DNA of 64,000 nt from Octopus sinensis (GCF_006345805.1 NC_042999.1:5704001-5768000); one strand, 5' to 3'. Positions 11,665 through 23,879 are shown, numbered from the stretch's first letter. A program made the numbers and translations. The notes: a model not told the origin generated them from the sequence alone.

Positions 11665-11866
11665 CATATATATATGTGTGTGTGTTGTAAATATATATAT
11701 ATATATTTTTGTAAATATATATATACACACACATATGTATATATATATCATGATGATGATATATATATACATATGTGTGTGTATATATATATTTACAAAA
11801 ATATATATATTTACAAATATATATATATATATATATTTACAAAATATATATATATATATATATTTA

Positions 11867-11905
<39 letters not shown>
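11665..11905. repeat. (TA)n-based compound microsatellite
   Basis: Direct inspection. Confidence 0.9.
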
Positions 11906-12051
11906 GTGAAATAGAAAGATGAATAATCTTGTAGTAGATTAATCAAAAGTTTAACCGATACCTTAGTAGCAAAAATCACAGCAGTAAACAGCACGGTTGG
12001 AGGTACAACCATCTGGCGTTGCAACCGTGCGTTGGTGCGGATAATTGAAAT

Positions 12052-12227
12052 TAAAACATTATTGGTGAATTGAAGAAATGGAGCTGAACGCAGATTGAAC
12101 AGAAATCGTTTTATTTCATTCTACACGTGTTTCGAAAGGCCTTTCGAAACACGTGTAGAATGAAATAAAACGATTTCTGTTCAATCTGCGTTCAGCTCCA
12201 TTTCTTCAATTCACCAATAATGTTTTA
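12052..12227. repeat. Perfect 176-bp spacer-less palindrome (PLE-derived)
   Basis: Centre gaaagg|cctttc at 12139/12140; arms complementary base for base; contains the hammerhead 3' half GAAAC-ACGU-GUA. Confidence 0.9.
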
Positions 12228-12646
12228 TATATATATATATATTAGAAACACTGCCAGATCAGACTGGAGCCTGGGGCAGCCCCTGGCTCCCCAGACCCTG
12301 GTCAAACCGTCCAACCCGTGCTAGCGCGGAAAACGGACGTTAAACGATGATGATGATGATATATATATATTTACGAATTTGGACCAATACAGTAATAACA
12401 AATTTTTTAGAGATTTCTATCGGTTTGTTTCGAGACGCATAAATTTAATGGTTATCGACAATTTTGTGTTTCGGCGTATCTGGCATTAGAATTTTTCTTT
12501 TGCCCTTATCTTGTAAATTATGTATAAATTTTACCTTTAAAGGCATCTTTTGATATGCTGGCCATTGATAAAAATTTTTTTCCCAAAAAAAATTTTATCC
12601 TATATTAATTACATATATCATCATCGTCGTTTAGCGTCCGTTTTCC

Positions 12647-12691
<45 letters not shown>

Positions 12692-13269
12692 ATGTGTACG
12701 TTGACCAATTCTACTTATGAATGTCTGTAAGTCGGTCATTATATTTCCTCACTGTTGTGGCGTTTTGGCTTTAAATTTTAATTGGTTGATGGCAAAAGTT
12801 CAAAGTTTCGACTTGTTATGGCTGGAACCTCCTTCAACCACTTCACACATTCTCAGTGACTCAAACTCGGTGACGTTGGAAGAAAAGCCATTGGTCAGTT
12901 ATTCATTTCGCATTGCCCGTGCTGTTAGTCTAGCTTGTGTATGAGGATAATTCTTGAAATACTTGGCGGTGACTGGCCATGAATGTTAAACTGCCTAAAA
13001 ACTATACAATACTATAGAGAGTGATTATATTCAAATATATATATATATATTAAATTAGAAATAAGACCACTATTAGGCAAATCAAACAGTGAAAATCATA
13101 AACCAATACATAGAGATAAAATTAATTAATAACATATATAAAATATAATTTAATATATATATTTATACTATAAAATTAGATTTAATCCTAAATCTAATTT
13201 TTCCCTGTAAGTTTGGATTTACTCCCTAATATTATTATTATTAAATATATATATATATATATATATAGT

Positions 13270-13468
13270 AATAGTAATACCTCGTCTATCGCGGGTGTTG
13301 TGTTCCAAAACACTCCACCAAAGGTGAAAATCTGGGAAGTAGAAACAGTACTGTATTGTATATTTTTATAATTTGTTTATGTTTATTTCATTATAAATGC
13401 AAAACAACACCACAGAGGAATCGACGTAAGCTTAAGTAATAAACCGCAATATGGCAAAGGCTTACTGT
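13270..13468. mobile_element. Tigger/pogo-like MITE
   Basis: TIR-like gtaatacctcgtctatcgcgg..ccgcaatatggcaaaggcttactg; second copy at 41905-42115. Confidence 0.6.
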
Positions 13469-13495
13469 GTGTGAATATATATATATATATATATA

Positions 13496-13652
13496 CTTTA
13501 TTTAAAGCAGCAGAAAATTTAACAAAACCTGTTACTCTGAGTTTCCCGTTGCCGTTCATCGGACAGTTTTTGCTTGCAAAAACTGTCCGATGAACGGCAA
13601 CGGGAAACTCAGAGTAACAGGTTTTGTGAATTTTCTGCTGCTTTAAATAAAG
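13496..13652. repeat. Near-perfect palindrome containing back-to-back hammerhead-like motifs
   Basis: Arms of about 78 bp, 2-nt centre (13574-13575), one indel; motif CUGU CCGAUGA ACG GCAA CGG GAAAC UCAGA GUA ACAG at 13583-13620 (+) and 13529-13566 (-). Confidence 0.85.
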
Positions 13653-13749
13653 CATATTACTCTACCACTGGTATTTGAGTACTCTTTTTCCACCTTGTTT
13701 CACATTTATGTGTTTACTCCGGTATATATATATATATATATATATATAT

Positions 13750-14450
13750 TACAAATAAGAAAATGGAGAAGCACATTAGTTGGTTCGTCAGCTTTAGGAT
13801 ATTAAAATGTTGACTTATTTATTTATCAAAACGACAACCATAATATACATATAGTATATTATTCAATCTATATAAGATAAAAATACAAGCAGTTATTGAA
13901 AAACATGAATATATTATCCCTTAATGGGTTGGATCCACAACCCCTAACTTGGTGTGTGTGTGTGTGTGTATGTATATATATATATATACGTTTATATATT
14001 TGTTGTGCAAGACATGTTGTTATACATACATACAAGCATATGTAATGATAATAATAAGTGGATGTAAACACATGAACAAAATAAGAATAAACAAAAACAA
14101 AATACATGAACGTATATAAACAGAAGATACAAATATTACGGGCATCCCCCCACACACACACTAAATAAACATAGACGCACATAGAGATATAAGCATGCGC
14201 AAATGAAGACATACAATAGAAATACAAAATGGCTGACGGTTAGTAAGGAGAGACACAAACAAGAAAGAAGAAAACAAAGGACCACTGATGCGGTCACAGG
14301 AGTGTGACGAAAGAACTTTGGCCGAAATAAGATTAAGATTAATGTAAAAAATAAATAACTCTGAAGCAAAATAACACCAAATATATAGTGCGTGTGTTTT
14401 TATTGGCTAAACTGGCAAAATGACCATTCCGAAATATAACAATATATATA
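13750..14450 (+). mobile_element. PLE-derived segment between (TA)n tracts, hammerhead-like motif at 14282-14321
   Basis: 14200-14450 is near-identical to 5738-5955, including the CUGAUGCG core. Confidence 0.6.
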
Positions 14451-14499
14451 TATATATATAGCTTTTTTTAAAGTTATCTCGACAGGTTTTTTATAGAAT

Positions 14500-14700
14500 T
14501 TAGAAGACGAGTTGGCAGAAATGTTAGCACGCCAGGCGAAATTCTTGGCGCTGTTTCGACCGTCTTTATGTTAATGTTCTGAGTTCAAATTCTGCTGAGG
14601 TCAGTTTGCCTTTCATCTTTTTGGGGTCGATGTAATAGACTTATACCCCCTTCCTTCTAGACTGCTGGCCTTGTACCTAAATTTGAAACCAATATTGGAT
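14500..14700 (+). mobile_element. SINE family S5 (Nin-domain-like)
   Basis: ttctgagttcaaatt..gcctttcatc..ggggtcgat core. Confidence 0.65.
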
Positions 14701-15098
14701 AAAAAAAGAGTAGGACCTCTCCCCGTGTGGTCCTTTGCAGTTTAAAGCCATGTTCCCTAGAAGGGAATAATTATTGAGAAAGCTTCGTTTCTATTTCTCT
14801 ACTTCGTTTCCCAAACCGACACGGCTCCTGCTACCACCTGTTGAAACAGCAGCCAAATCTCTTTTAAATCACACTTGGCTGTTGTCAAAAGAGCGGGAGA
14901 CATGTATCCAATATGCTATAATCCTTCATATAACATGGCAAAAAATATTGCTTGAACAAAAACAAGATATCGATCAAGTAGGCGTCATAATGGTGTCAAA
15001 TTAGAAGAGAAGAAGAGACTCAACCTGAAGCTATTTGTTTGCATTATTAACTCACATATAAAATATGTCAACTTAACTTTTTGTCAGTCAGAATTATT

Positions 15099-15507
15099 GG
15101 TACTACATGAGAACAGTGGTCCCGGTGCGCGCACTCGCGTAGTAGCGCACCCGCGCTAGCTAGTCGTGACTAGTCGATCCTACAACAACTCTCCTAGCAA
15201 AGCAAATAAAACACAAAATAAATATTTTTTTTACACAAAGGAAATAATTTTTTAAAAACAAAGTAAATAACACAAGGATGACACACAAATTCGTGAAGCG
15301 TTCCATATTTTTTAAGAAACAGCGGTGGTGCCCCAGCATAGCCGCGGCCTTCGGGCTAAAACATTTTTAAGGATTTAACATAAAAACACAAAGTAAATAA
15401 TTTTTTTAACAAAGTAAATAACATACAAAAACACAAAGTAAGGATCGACTAGTCATGGCTAGCTAGCGCGAGTGCGCGCACCGGGACCACTGTTCTCAAG
15501 TAGTACC
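15099..15507. mobile_element. Non-autonomous TIR element, superfamily unassigned
   Basis: GC-rich TIRs ggtactac(a/t)tgagaacagtggtcccggtgcgcgcactcgcg..gactagtcgatcct at both ends; no TSD seen. Confidence 0.75.
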
Positions 15508-16139
15508 GAAATATGAGAGTCGATACCAATTTCCCAGTGGTGTTGATCTGCTCTTAAAACCCGTTCATATTTTAGTTAACATGGCTCATTGTGTTGCGCG
15601 CAGATGTGTGCTTTCTCTCTGCTTGATAAACTGGACAGACGAGTTATAATTATTTCAAATCTGTACTGTTTTCGTGCACTTCTTCCCATTCATACTTCCT
15701 ATAGACTCACAGTGTATATATCCATACATCAAACTATCAAATGGCAAAATCTATAAATAGCGCCGATCGCTTTTGTCATAATTTTGTTTGTCGTATCTAC
15801 CCAAATGCAACAACCTGATAAACTAGATGACATTACAATTTCATTCCCCAACCCCGTTTATGCTTTAAGCCTATGGTTGTTGTTTTTTATTGGGTGAAGT
15901 TTGTTAAAATTTGTGTGAAACCAGTTCTTTCTGCGCAAGGAAAATTCAGCCATATTGCCAGGTTTCATCAATGACCAACGGACAAAAAACTGTTTCTTCT
16001 CAGAAACGTCGACCTACATTGAATTACAGTTTCAGATTGAGGTCCAACGCTTTCATTTCTGTAGGACTAACAATAACCCTGAAAATTCCATGGTTGTTCT
16101 AAAAACTATCAGACTGTTAGAAGCTTTTAGAAAACTAAA

Positions 16140-16280
16140 CTTACAAACTACACAATTTTCTCAAGACAGTCAAGAGAAAAAGATGTTTTATTTGACACAT
16201 TCTACCAGTATACGAAGTTTAAAAGTGTTTAGTTATAAATAACTTATTTTTAAAATCTGCCCGTCAAAGTGAAAAGATCC
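16140..16280. mobile_element. Terminal fragment of the family seen at 56787-57491
   Basis: gacacattctaccagtatacgaagtttaaaagtgtttag..aaagatccg. Confidence 0.65.
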
Positions 16281-16531
16281 GATAATTTCTTTCAAAATTG
16301 TGTTTTTTCGGAAATTTTCATTGAGATGGTGTACAGTCTACCTAAGTAGTGGTTGGGGACAACTTTTTTTATAAGTGATAGTTTTGTTACACAATTGGTA
16401 ACTTGAGAATCGCTTGTAGAGCAGGATTCGTGACAGACGAACTCTAGACTGAGTGTCAAACGAATCTGAGTGAATTAAACAGAAATATTTCGTTTTGGGA
16501 TTTGGTTTGCAAGTTCGTGTGTTGAAGCATA

Positions 16532-16776
16532 TTCTGCTGTGTCTGGGGAGAGTCATTTTCTTTTTGTGCCTTATATTGTAACACACTCACCAGTAAAATT
16601 TCCACTTTTTTCTTATTTTTATTTTCCTAAAATTTTCGTTGCATCTTGCAACCTTTTCAATAGTCTTGACTTAAAAATTTTAGGAAAATAAAAATAAGAA
16701 AAAAAGTGGAAATTTTATCAGTGAATGTGTTACAATATAAGGCACAAAAAGAAAATACTCCCCAGACACAACAGAA
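16532..16776. repeat. PLE-like fold-back (arms about 104 bp, spacer 37 bp)
   Basis: 16532-16636 is the reverse complement of 16674-16776; an unfolded homolog lies at 19375-19570. Confidence 0.75.
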
Positions 16777-17346
16777 ATAGTAAAGTAGTAAACCTTTGAT
16801 AAATGTATTCTCGTCTCCATTAGTTTGTGTATAGCTTACCAAAGCTATAACGCTGTCATTTTTGACTGATGTCATCAAGCAAGCTACCATAACCACCGAA
16901 CCAAATCGAAAGAGGTGAGCCATCTCTATAATTTGGCTGCCGTATGGCGAAGTTGGTAAAGCTGTACTGAATTGTTATTTTTATAGCAAGAGAATGCCTT
17001 TCGATGTAGGTTGGTTTGCGTGCGGCTGATCCAAAGTTCAACAACAAGCAAATTTACTTTGAGTCAACAAGAGAAGGCCTCTCTACACGATCGCTTGACC
17101 TATTAGAAATAGTAACCAAATTCCCCTCAAATCCTACCCTACTGTCTTAATTCAGGGAAGCATGCATGGAACAGTGTAATCTCAAAAAAACAGGAAGACG
17201 AGATAATATTTTTAAGATACAAATTTGGAGAAAACTGGCCGGAGAGGGGCGTAGTCAAAATAAATCTCCGAGCATTGGCAGAAATTATCGAAACCTCTGG
17301 CTACAATGGAAACAACACAAAGAAATAACGGAATATTTCAACTTCT

Positions 17347-18125
17347 AAGGCAGCGAACTGGCAGAAACGTTAGCAGACCGGGCGAAATGCTTAGCAGTAT
17401 TTCGTCTGTCTTTACGTTCTGAGTTCAAATTCCGCCGGGGTTGACTTTGCCTTTCATCCTTTCGGGGTCGATAAATAAAGAACCAGTTGCATACTGGGGT
17501 CGATATAATCGACTTAATCCGTTTGTCTGTCCTTGTTTGTCCCTTCTGTGTTTAGCCCCTTGTGGGTAGTGGGAAGCACTCCGTCGGTTACGACGATGAG
17601 GGTTCCGGTTGATCCGAATCAACGGAACAATCTGCTCGTGAAATTAACTCCACAGACACGTGTCCTTAACGTAGTTCTCGGGGATATCAGCGTTACACAG
17701 AGTGACAAGGCTGGCCCTTTGAAATACAGGTACAACAGAAACAGGAAGTAAGAGTGAGAGAAAGTTGTGGTGAAAGAGTAATGCAGGGATCACCACCATC
17801 CCCTGCCGGAGCCTCGTGGAGCTTTAGGTGTTTTCGCTCAATAAACACTCACAACGCCCGGTCTGGCAATCGAAACCGCGATCCTATGACCGCGAGTCCG
17901 CTGCCCTAACCGCTGGACCATTGCGCCTCCACTTTGTGGGTAGTAAAGAAATAGGTATTTTGTCTGTCTCTACGTTCTGAGTTCAAATTCCGCCGAGATC
18001 GACTTTGCCTTTCATCCTTTCGGGGTCGATAAATTAAGTACCAGTTGCATACTAGGGTAGATCTAATCGATTGCCCCCACCCCCACCCCACCAAAATTTT
18101 GGGCTTTGTGCCTAGAGTAGAAAAA
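17347..18125 (+). mobile_element. S5 SINE dimer with a nested inverted S3 (17575-17922)
   Basis: 16-bp TSD gaatatttcaacttct (17331-17346 / 18126-18141); nested S3 has TSD ttgtgggtagt. Confidence 0.8.
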
Positions 18126-18751
18126 GAATATTTCAACTTCTGCTGTCACCCTGTGCCTGATATTGGACATTATTAATAGAGAGGATATGACAGAGAGAAA
18201 GAAGATCGTTTCCATGAATATAAGACAGAATATTAAACTTGAAATGAATTGAAACCCTCACTGCACCTGTTGTTATGTTGAACATCAGTATCTGTAACGA
18301 AAACGAAACTGTTCTTAATAATAAGAAGGAAAACTGGTACATGAGTGACTCATGATTGATAGTAGAATGAAACGTGATGAAAAGAAAAATGAATAACGAC
18401 TGTTGGTTAATCGTCCTGATTTTGTTTGTCATTAAAACGTAGTTAGTAGTGTCGTGGACAAGTGAATAAGTCCGTGTTTTACCAAAACCATTTCTCTTTT
18501 TATCTTTTCGCTTGGCAGACATCAGCGTTCATCATCAAATAATTTGTTTTTGAAGTTATAAACAGAATTCACAAACTCTTGTTAGACTCCTTTGTGCGGG
18601 ATAAAGCCTTTGGGGTTCAAATCATTTGAGCAATGCTAACATGTTTTCTATACTGAGCTTGTATTATATACATGTTGTTGTTGGCATCCGTTTTGTCTTG
18701 GGAGACAATGGAGTTGCGCATAAAGATAATCTAATCCAGCTTTTATATTTC

Positions 18752-19100
18752 ACTAGCACTATGACCCGGTGTTGCCGGATCATAGTGCTAGTGCATGCAT
18801 ATACAGCTGCGTGCGTGCGCACATACAAACGAGTACTGTCCAAATCTCTGACCAATCACATACAGCTAGCTGGCATTCAATTGGCGTATCAAGTTTCGGG
18901 CATTTTGATTGGGTTTTGGATAGAAAATTCACAAAAAAGTCACTTCTGTTGATTTTTTTAATGGCTTTGCGGGGTGACTGGGGAAATGTAAAGATGTGCA
19001 TGACCACCCTTGGACGATTTTGAATGACCATAGAAAGTGCGAGCCCTCTAACTGAAAAATTGTGGATTTGTATAAAGGACACGCACACACACACATTTTT
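18752..19100 (+). mobile_element. Helitron/HINE(DINE-1)-like element, family 2
   Basis: 5' ACTAG start with a 43-bp hairpin (18751-18793); 3' end tttatatatagagagat. Confidence 0.55.
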
Positions 19101-19345
19101 CCATTTATATATAGAGAGATGTCCTGATACATCTCCTGCTGTGGCTGTGTAGTCCTATCCTGGACAAACACTCCCTCTGGCAGGTGCCGCAAATATAGTG
19201 AAGACATTGCCTGGCTGGTTGTAATGTCATACTTTCTTGTTGATGTCTTTTCCTGTCTTTCCATTTCTCCACGTTGCTGGCAACTGCTTCCCAGTTGGTA
19301 ATATAGATGTCGCAGGCCTTCATGTCCCTTTTGCAAACATCCTTG
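19100..19345 (-). pseudogene. RTE/BovB-like LINE 3' end
   Basis: KTRYKDVCKRDMKACDI..WEAVA.. and terminal zinc motif CGTCQRECLSRIGLHSHSRRC. Confidence 0.8.
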
Positions 19346-19605
19346 TATCTCGTTTTTGGATTTAGTTTGCAAGATTCTTTATATGAGTTGGTGTGTTGAA
19401 GCATATTCTGTTGTGTCTGGGGAGAGTCATTTTCTTTTTGTGCCATATAATTTAACACACTCACCGGTAAAATTTCCACTTTTTTCTTATTTTTATTGTC
19501 CTAAAATTTTCGTTGTGTCTTGCAACCTTTTCAATAGTTTTGACTCTTTGACTATTTTCAATAGTTTGAGCTAAGAGTGTGTATGTATGTTACTTTTATA
19601 AATGT

Positions 19606-20246
19606 ACTAGCAGTATCGCCCGGCGTTGCTCGGCTTTGTAAGGGAAATAACTATATAAGCATTTTTAGAGAGTTATAGCCAAAAAATAGCAAAAAATGCA
19701 TTAAAAATGGAAAAAATATGATGGTAAATTTTTTGAAAAATCGTTGACTCATCGTAGACATTTTTAGAGAGTTACTTCCCTTATATAATAGCGAAAAAAT
19801 GCATTAAAATGGAAAAAAAACGATGGTAAATTTTTTTTTAAATCGTAGACTCATGTAGACGCTTTCTTAGCCATTTCTGTTTTGGTGTCTTCAAGCCATG
19901 AAGTCGTTGTTCTAAAAGAACGCTGGTCGCCTTGACAACGCATTACGACGTTGATTTCCTTACACTCCCTTCCCCACAGGTGCAGGTGTGAGCGTGGACG
20001 CCAACTCCGCTGCCATCGACACACGAAAAATTATGCATTAAAATGGAATAAAAAATGATGTTAAATTATTTTTTAAATCGTAGACTCATCGTAGACGCGC
20101 GCTAATACTCAGACGGGCTCGATATGAATCACGACTATAAGCTACCCGAATTTGGTTAAACTGCACCGCAAAATGTGGGAGTAGTTAGGAATCTAAATCG
20201 AAGGGGACAGACACTCACACAACTACAGTTTTATATATATATAGAT
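19606..20246 (+). mobile_element. Helitron/HINE-like element, family 1
   Basis: Starts actagcagtatcgcccggcgttgctcgg, ends ttttatatatatatagat; copies at 23502 and 58948. Confidence 0.65.
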
Positions 20247-20249
20247 ATA

Positions 20250-20560
20250 CATAGCGCAGTAGTGGTGAGATGTGACAGCAAAGAAAAGCATACATTCACT
20301 CTCTGCATGCAATTAGACTCGGAAAGTTTGTGAGGAACCCATTGACCCAATTTGCTGACTTTTCCGATAGCACACAGGTCTCAATGAATGGTTGAATGAC
20401 CAAATCCAAGCTTCTCTGCTAGTTCCTCAACAGTTACAATGAGATTTTGTTCCACCAGGGTTTTCAGGATGTCCTTGTCGAGTTCTACAGATCTTTCAGG
20501 ATGAGGCTCGTCTTCTAGGCTATTCCAATATAGCTTTGAAAAAAATAGCTGTTAAAATCG
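20250..20560 (-). pseudogene. Mariner transposase relic
   Basis: SLEDEPHPERSVELDKDILKTLVEQN..TVEELAEKLGFGHSTIH*DL..GKVSKLGQWVPHKL (WVPHEL-type motif). Confidence 0.8.
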
Positions 20561-20694
20561 AAATGCACTCTTCAAAACTTGCACTATGAATAAGGACAAG
20601 ATAAAATTACTACCTGCTTTTATAGCAAGTTAATATAAGTAGTTTATCCCATTCCCCTCTGACTTTTAGTTCAAGCTGTTGAAAAAACCGCATT

Positions 20695-20726
20695 ATTATA
20701 TATATATACATACATACATACATACA

Positions 20727-20758
<32 letters not shown>

Positions 20759-20994
20759 CACACACACTCTCTCTCTCACACACATGCACACATTTATATT
20801 CTGTTATTCTTTTATATGTTTCAGCCTTGAGGTTGTGGCCATGCTGGATCATGTGTGTGTGTGTGTGTGTGTCTATCTGTCTGTCTGTCTGTATGTATAT
20901 ATGTATATGTATGTGTGTGAACAATAATATTTTCAACAGATGTGTTGCAAATGTATCTGATTGTTCTCAAGCTTCAATACTGTGTGTGTGTGTA

Positions 20995-21027
<33 letters not shown>

Positions 21028-21090
21028 ATGTATGTATATGTATGTATGTATGTATGTGTGTATGTATGTATGTGTGTGTGTATGTATGTA

Positions 21091-21124
<34 letters not shown>

Positions 21125-21130
21125 AGTGTA
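20695..21130. repeat. (TACA)n / (TG)n / (TATG)n microsatellite cluster
   Basis: Direct inspection. Confidence 0.9.
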
Positions 21131-21894
21131 TGTTTACTTTATTACTAACACAAGCCACTACGGTTATTTAATGTAAAGTCCTCCTCAAATCACTATCTCT
21201 GGCTATTTACTCTCTTCCAAGAACATTTTCACTCACACTTATGTGTTAGCTTCCCATACATTTTACTCATGTATCTATCAGTGTGATAGAGAGAAACAAA
21301 TATTACATCTAGTTTCACTTTATTCGTTGCCCACTGTGTGTGTGCGTTTGCGTGTGGTGTAAACCAGACTAAGAAAAGCATTTGACACACACACCAGAAT
21401 GTGAGTTTTCTGTAAATTTTACTTAATTGGAGTTTAAATTTTAAAAACTGGACCTGGCATGACGCGATGCATTCTACTCTTAAAACTGCTAGGTAAATTG
21501 TAATTGAAGAAATCCTATATTGTAGATTTGTATAACTCCCAAAGGGAGGCAGATAAAATCTGCCTTTTATAATAAGAGATAAGAGATATAAACTGACAGC
21601 AATTCTTTCATACACAACGCTACATGTGTATGCGCACGCACACACACATATACACTCACACACTGAGAGATAGAGAGAGAGCAAATGCTTTCATGATGAT
21701 AGGTGTTTTAATTATATCCAACACATTTAAGATTCAATTAATGACTCCAGGAACATCTAAAAAATATGTTAATTTGCATTTGTTTTCGAAAATATTTGGT
21801 TGTAAGATGGCAGAAATACACAAAGACAATCCAAGTAATATATTTCAAGATATTTTAATTAAATACCACCTCAGAAGATATCTTAATGAGATAC

Positions 21895-22125
21895 CTATTT
21901 CTTTACTACCCACAAGGAGCTAAACACAGAGGGGACAAACAAGGACAGACAAATAGATTAAGTCGATTACATCGACCCCAGTGCATAACTGGTACTTATT
22001 TAATCGACCCCGAATGGATGAAAGGTAAAGTCGACCTTGGCGGAATTTGAACTCAGAACGTAGCAGCAGACGAAATACTGCTAAGCATTTCTCCTGGTGT
22101 GCTAACGTTTCTGCCAGCTTGCCAC
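21895..22125 (-). mobile_element. S5 SINE
   Basis: 14-bp TSD cttaatgagatacc on both sides. Confidence 0.8.
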
Positions 22126-22139
22126 CTTAATGAGATACC

Positions 22140-23470
22140 ACCACATCTTCGTCGACCTGGAAAGGTCATGAGAACAGAGTCTTCAAGCATGCCTTTCATC
22201 AGGTCCTTTGATCCGGCCAGACTGCCAAGCAAGACCAACCAGGCTCATGGATGTTTCTTGACCATCTTGCCCGTGGTCTACCCCTATGTTTCCTGTTGGC
22301 TGGATCTGCACGTAAAATAGGTCCAGTGTTCAAGACACTGGACCTTAAGATAGAGGGGACAAAGGACTGTGGCACCTGGAGCCCTGCTGTATCCAAGAAG
22401 ACCCGTCACCCACAATAGAATTGATACCTGTGTTGCTGCCACGTAAAAAGCACTGGTGAAGGTGCCATGTAAAAAGCATCTAGTCCACTCTGTAAAGTGG
22501 TTGGCATTCGGAAGGACATCCAGCTGTAGAAACCATGCTGAAACAGACAATGGAACTGATGTAGGCCCTGGCCTTGTCTGCTCCAATCAAACCATCCAAC
22601 CTATGCAAGTATGGAAAACAGACGTTAAATGATGACGATGATGATGATGATGATAATGATAATTCTTTCCTGGGACATCCTTACTACATGTCTGTAGTAT
22701 AGGAGATGTGATGTTTCCATTCGGAGAAGAAGTGGCTCTACCTAGAGCAGGGCTGTGGAATTGGAGTCGGTAAAAGTCGACAGACTCACAATATCTTTAT
22801 TCTTTAATATAAACCAGTTATAACATATATATTTCTTTATTGCCCACAAGGGGCTAAACATTTAGGGGGACAAACAAGGACAGAAAAAGGGATTAAGTCG
22901 ATTACATCGACCCCAGTGTGTAACTGGTACTTTATTTATCGACCCCAAAAAGATGAAAGGCAAAGTCAACCTCGGCCAGTTATAAGATATAGGCCTACTC
23001 AAAGTACAAGCGTATGCATATGCTTTATGAGATAGGTAGACCATAGTCACTTGATTACATAAAGAGGAGTCGGAATCAGAATGGAAGTTTTTTGCTTCGA
23101 CCCCACCGCTCTGACCTGGAGCGCTTGTCTGATCTCCAAGCTTCGCATTCTATCAAGTAACGTTACTCCTGAGACCCTTCAGAGGATCCACATCCTGGTC
23201 ACTTGAATTCGCTATCCTTCATTACCCAAGATGCCTGTCCACAGGTAAAGGTAGGCACAAACACAAAATTGAATAAAGCAAGTTTGGTTTTTACTCCTTG
23301 GTCCTTTCTTCTGTTGACCAATTGTTGAAGCTGGCACATTGTTGTACCAGATCTTGCAATCCTTGCACTTAATTCAGGTTTCTACATTTCCTCACTTGTG
23401 ACAATGACCCCGAGATACCTGAACATCTTCACCTACTTTAGTGGAACTCTACTCCCATGTTAATAAAATA
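22140..23470 (-). pseudogene. RTE LINE 3' relic interrupted by SINEs (S1 22410-22660; S5 22840-22980)
   Basis: VKMFRYLGVIVTSE..ELSARIARSG..KTKLALF (23150-23470) and RKHRGRPRARW (about 22250-22310). Confidence 0.7.
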
Positions 23471-23501
23471 CTACCTTACAAAACTACAGTTTTATCATAA
23501 T

Positions 23502-23862
23502 ACTAGCAGTATCGCCCAGCGTTGCTCGGGTTTGTTTCGACCCTTTAGAATTGGAAATTTTGAAAAGTAAAAATTTTGCATTATGTAGCTTGTTATTCTC
23601 TTTAAGTGAACATTTTTCTGGTTGAAATACACTGAAAAATGGCGACACAGCAGTAAAAAGCATCCTTTTGATGTAAATAATTTTTGGTGTTAATATGGTC
23701 CGATTTGAATTTTTTCTTCTACAGAATGAAGAGCAAGCCTTCTTCTATCATACTCTCAATTTTGTCAACTTGCACCGCAGGGTCTCGAAGGAGATAGTGT
23801 TAGTTGAAGGCTACCAAACCCTTGCCACACACAGACAACTTCAGCTTTATATATAGAGAGAT
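23502..23862 (+). mobile_element. Helitron/HINE-like element
   Basis: Same 5' end as 19606; ends tatatagagagat. Confidence 0.6.
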
Positions 23863-23879
23863 TTTAATAACAAATCTGG

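Noticed and set aside
15595-15770. Muscle-type promoter (E-boxes plus CTATAAATAG MEF2/TATA at 15751-15760)
   Set aside because: Short motifs are expected by chance in AT-rich DNA, and no linked exon was found.
16620-16670. Functional hammerhead on minus (CUAUUGA..GUUGC/GCAAC..GAAAAUUUUA); also 19495-19550
   Set aside because: Two core substitutions, three extra bases and no convincing stem I. Kept only as context for the fold-back.
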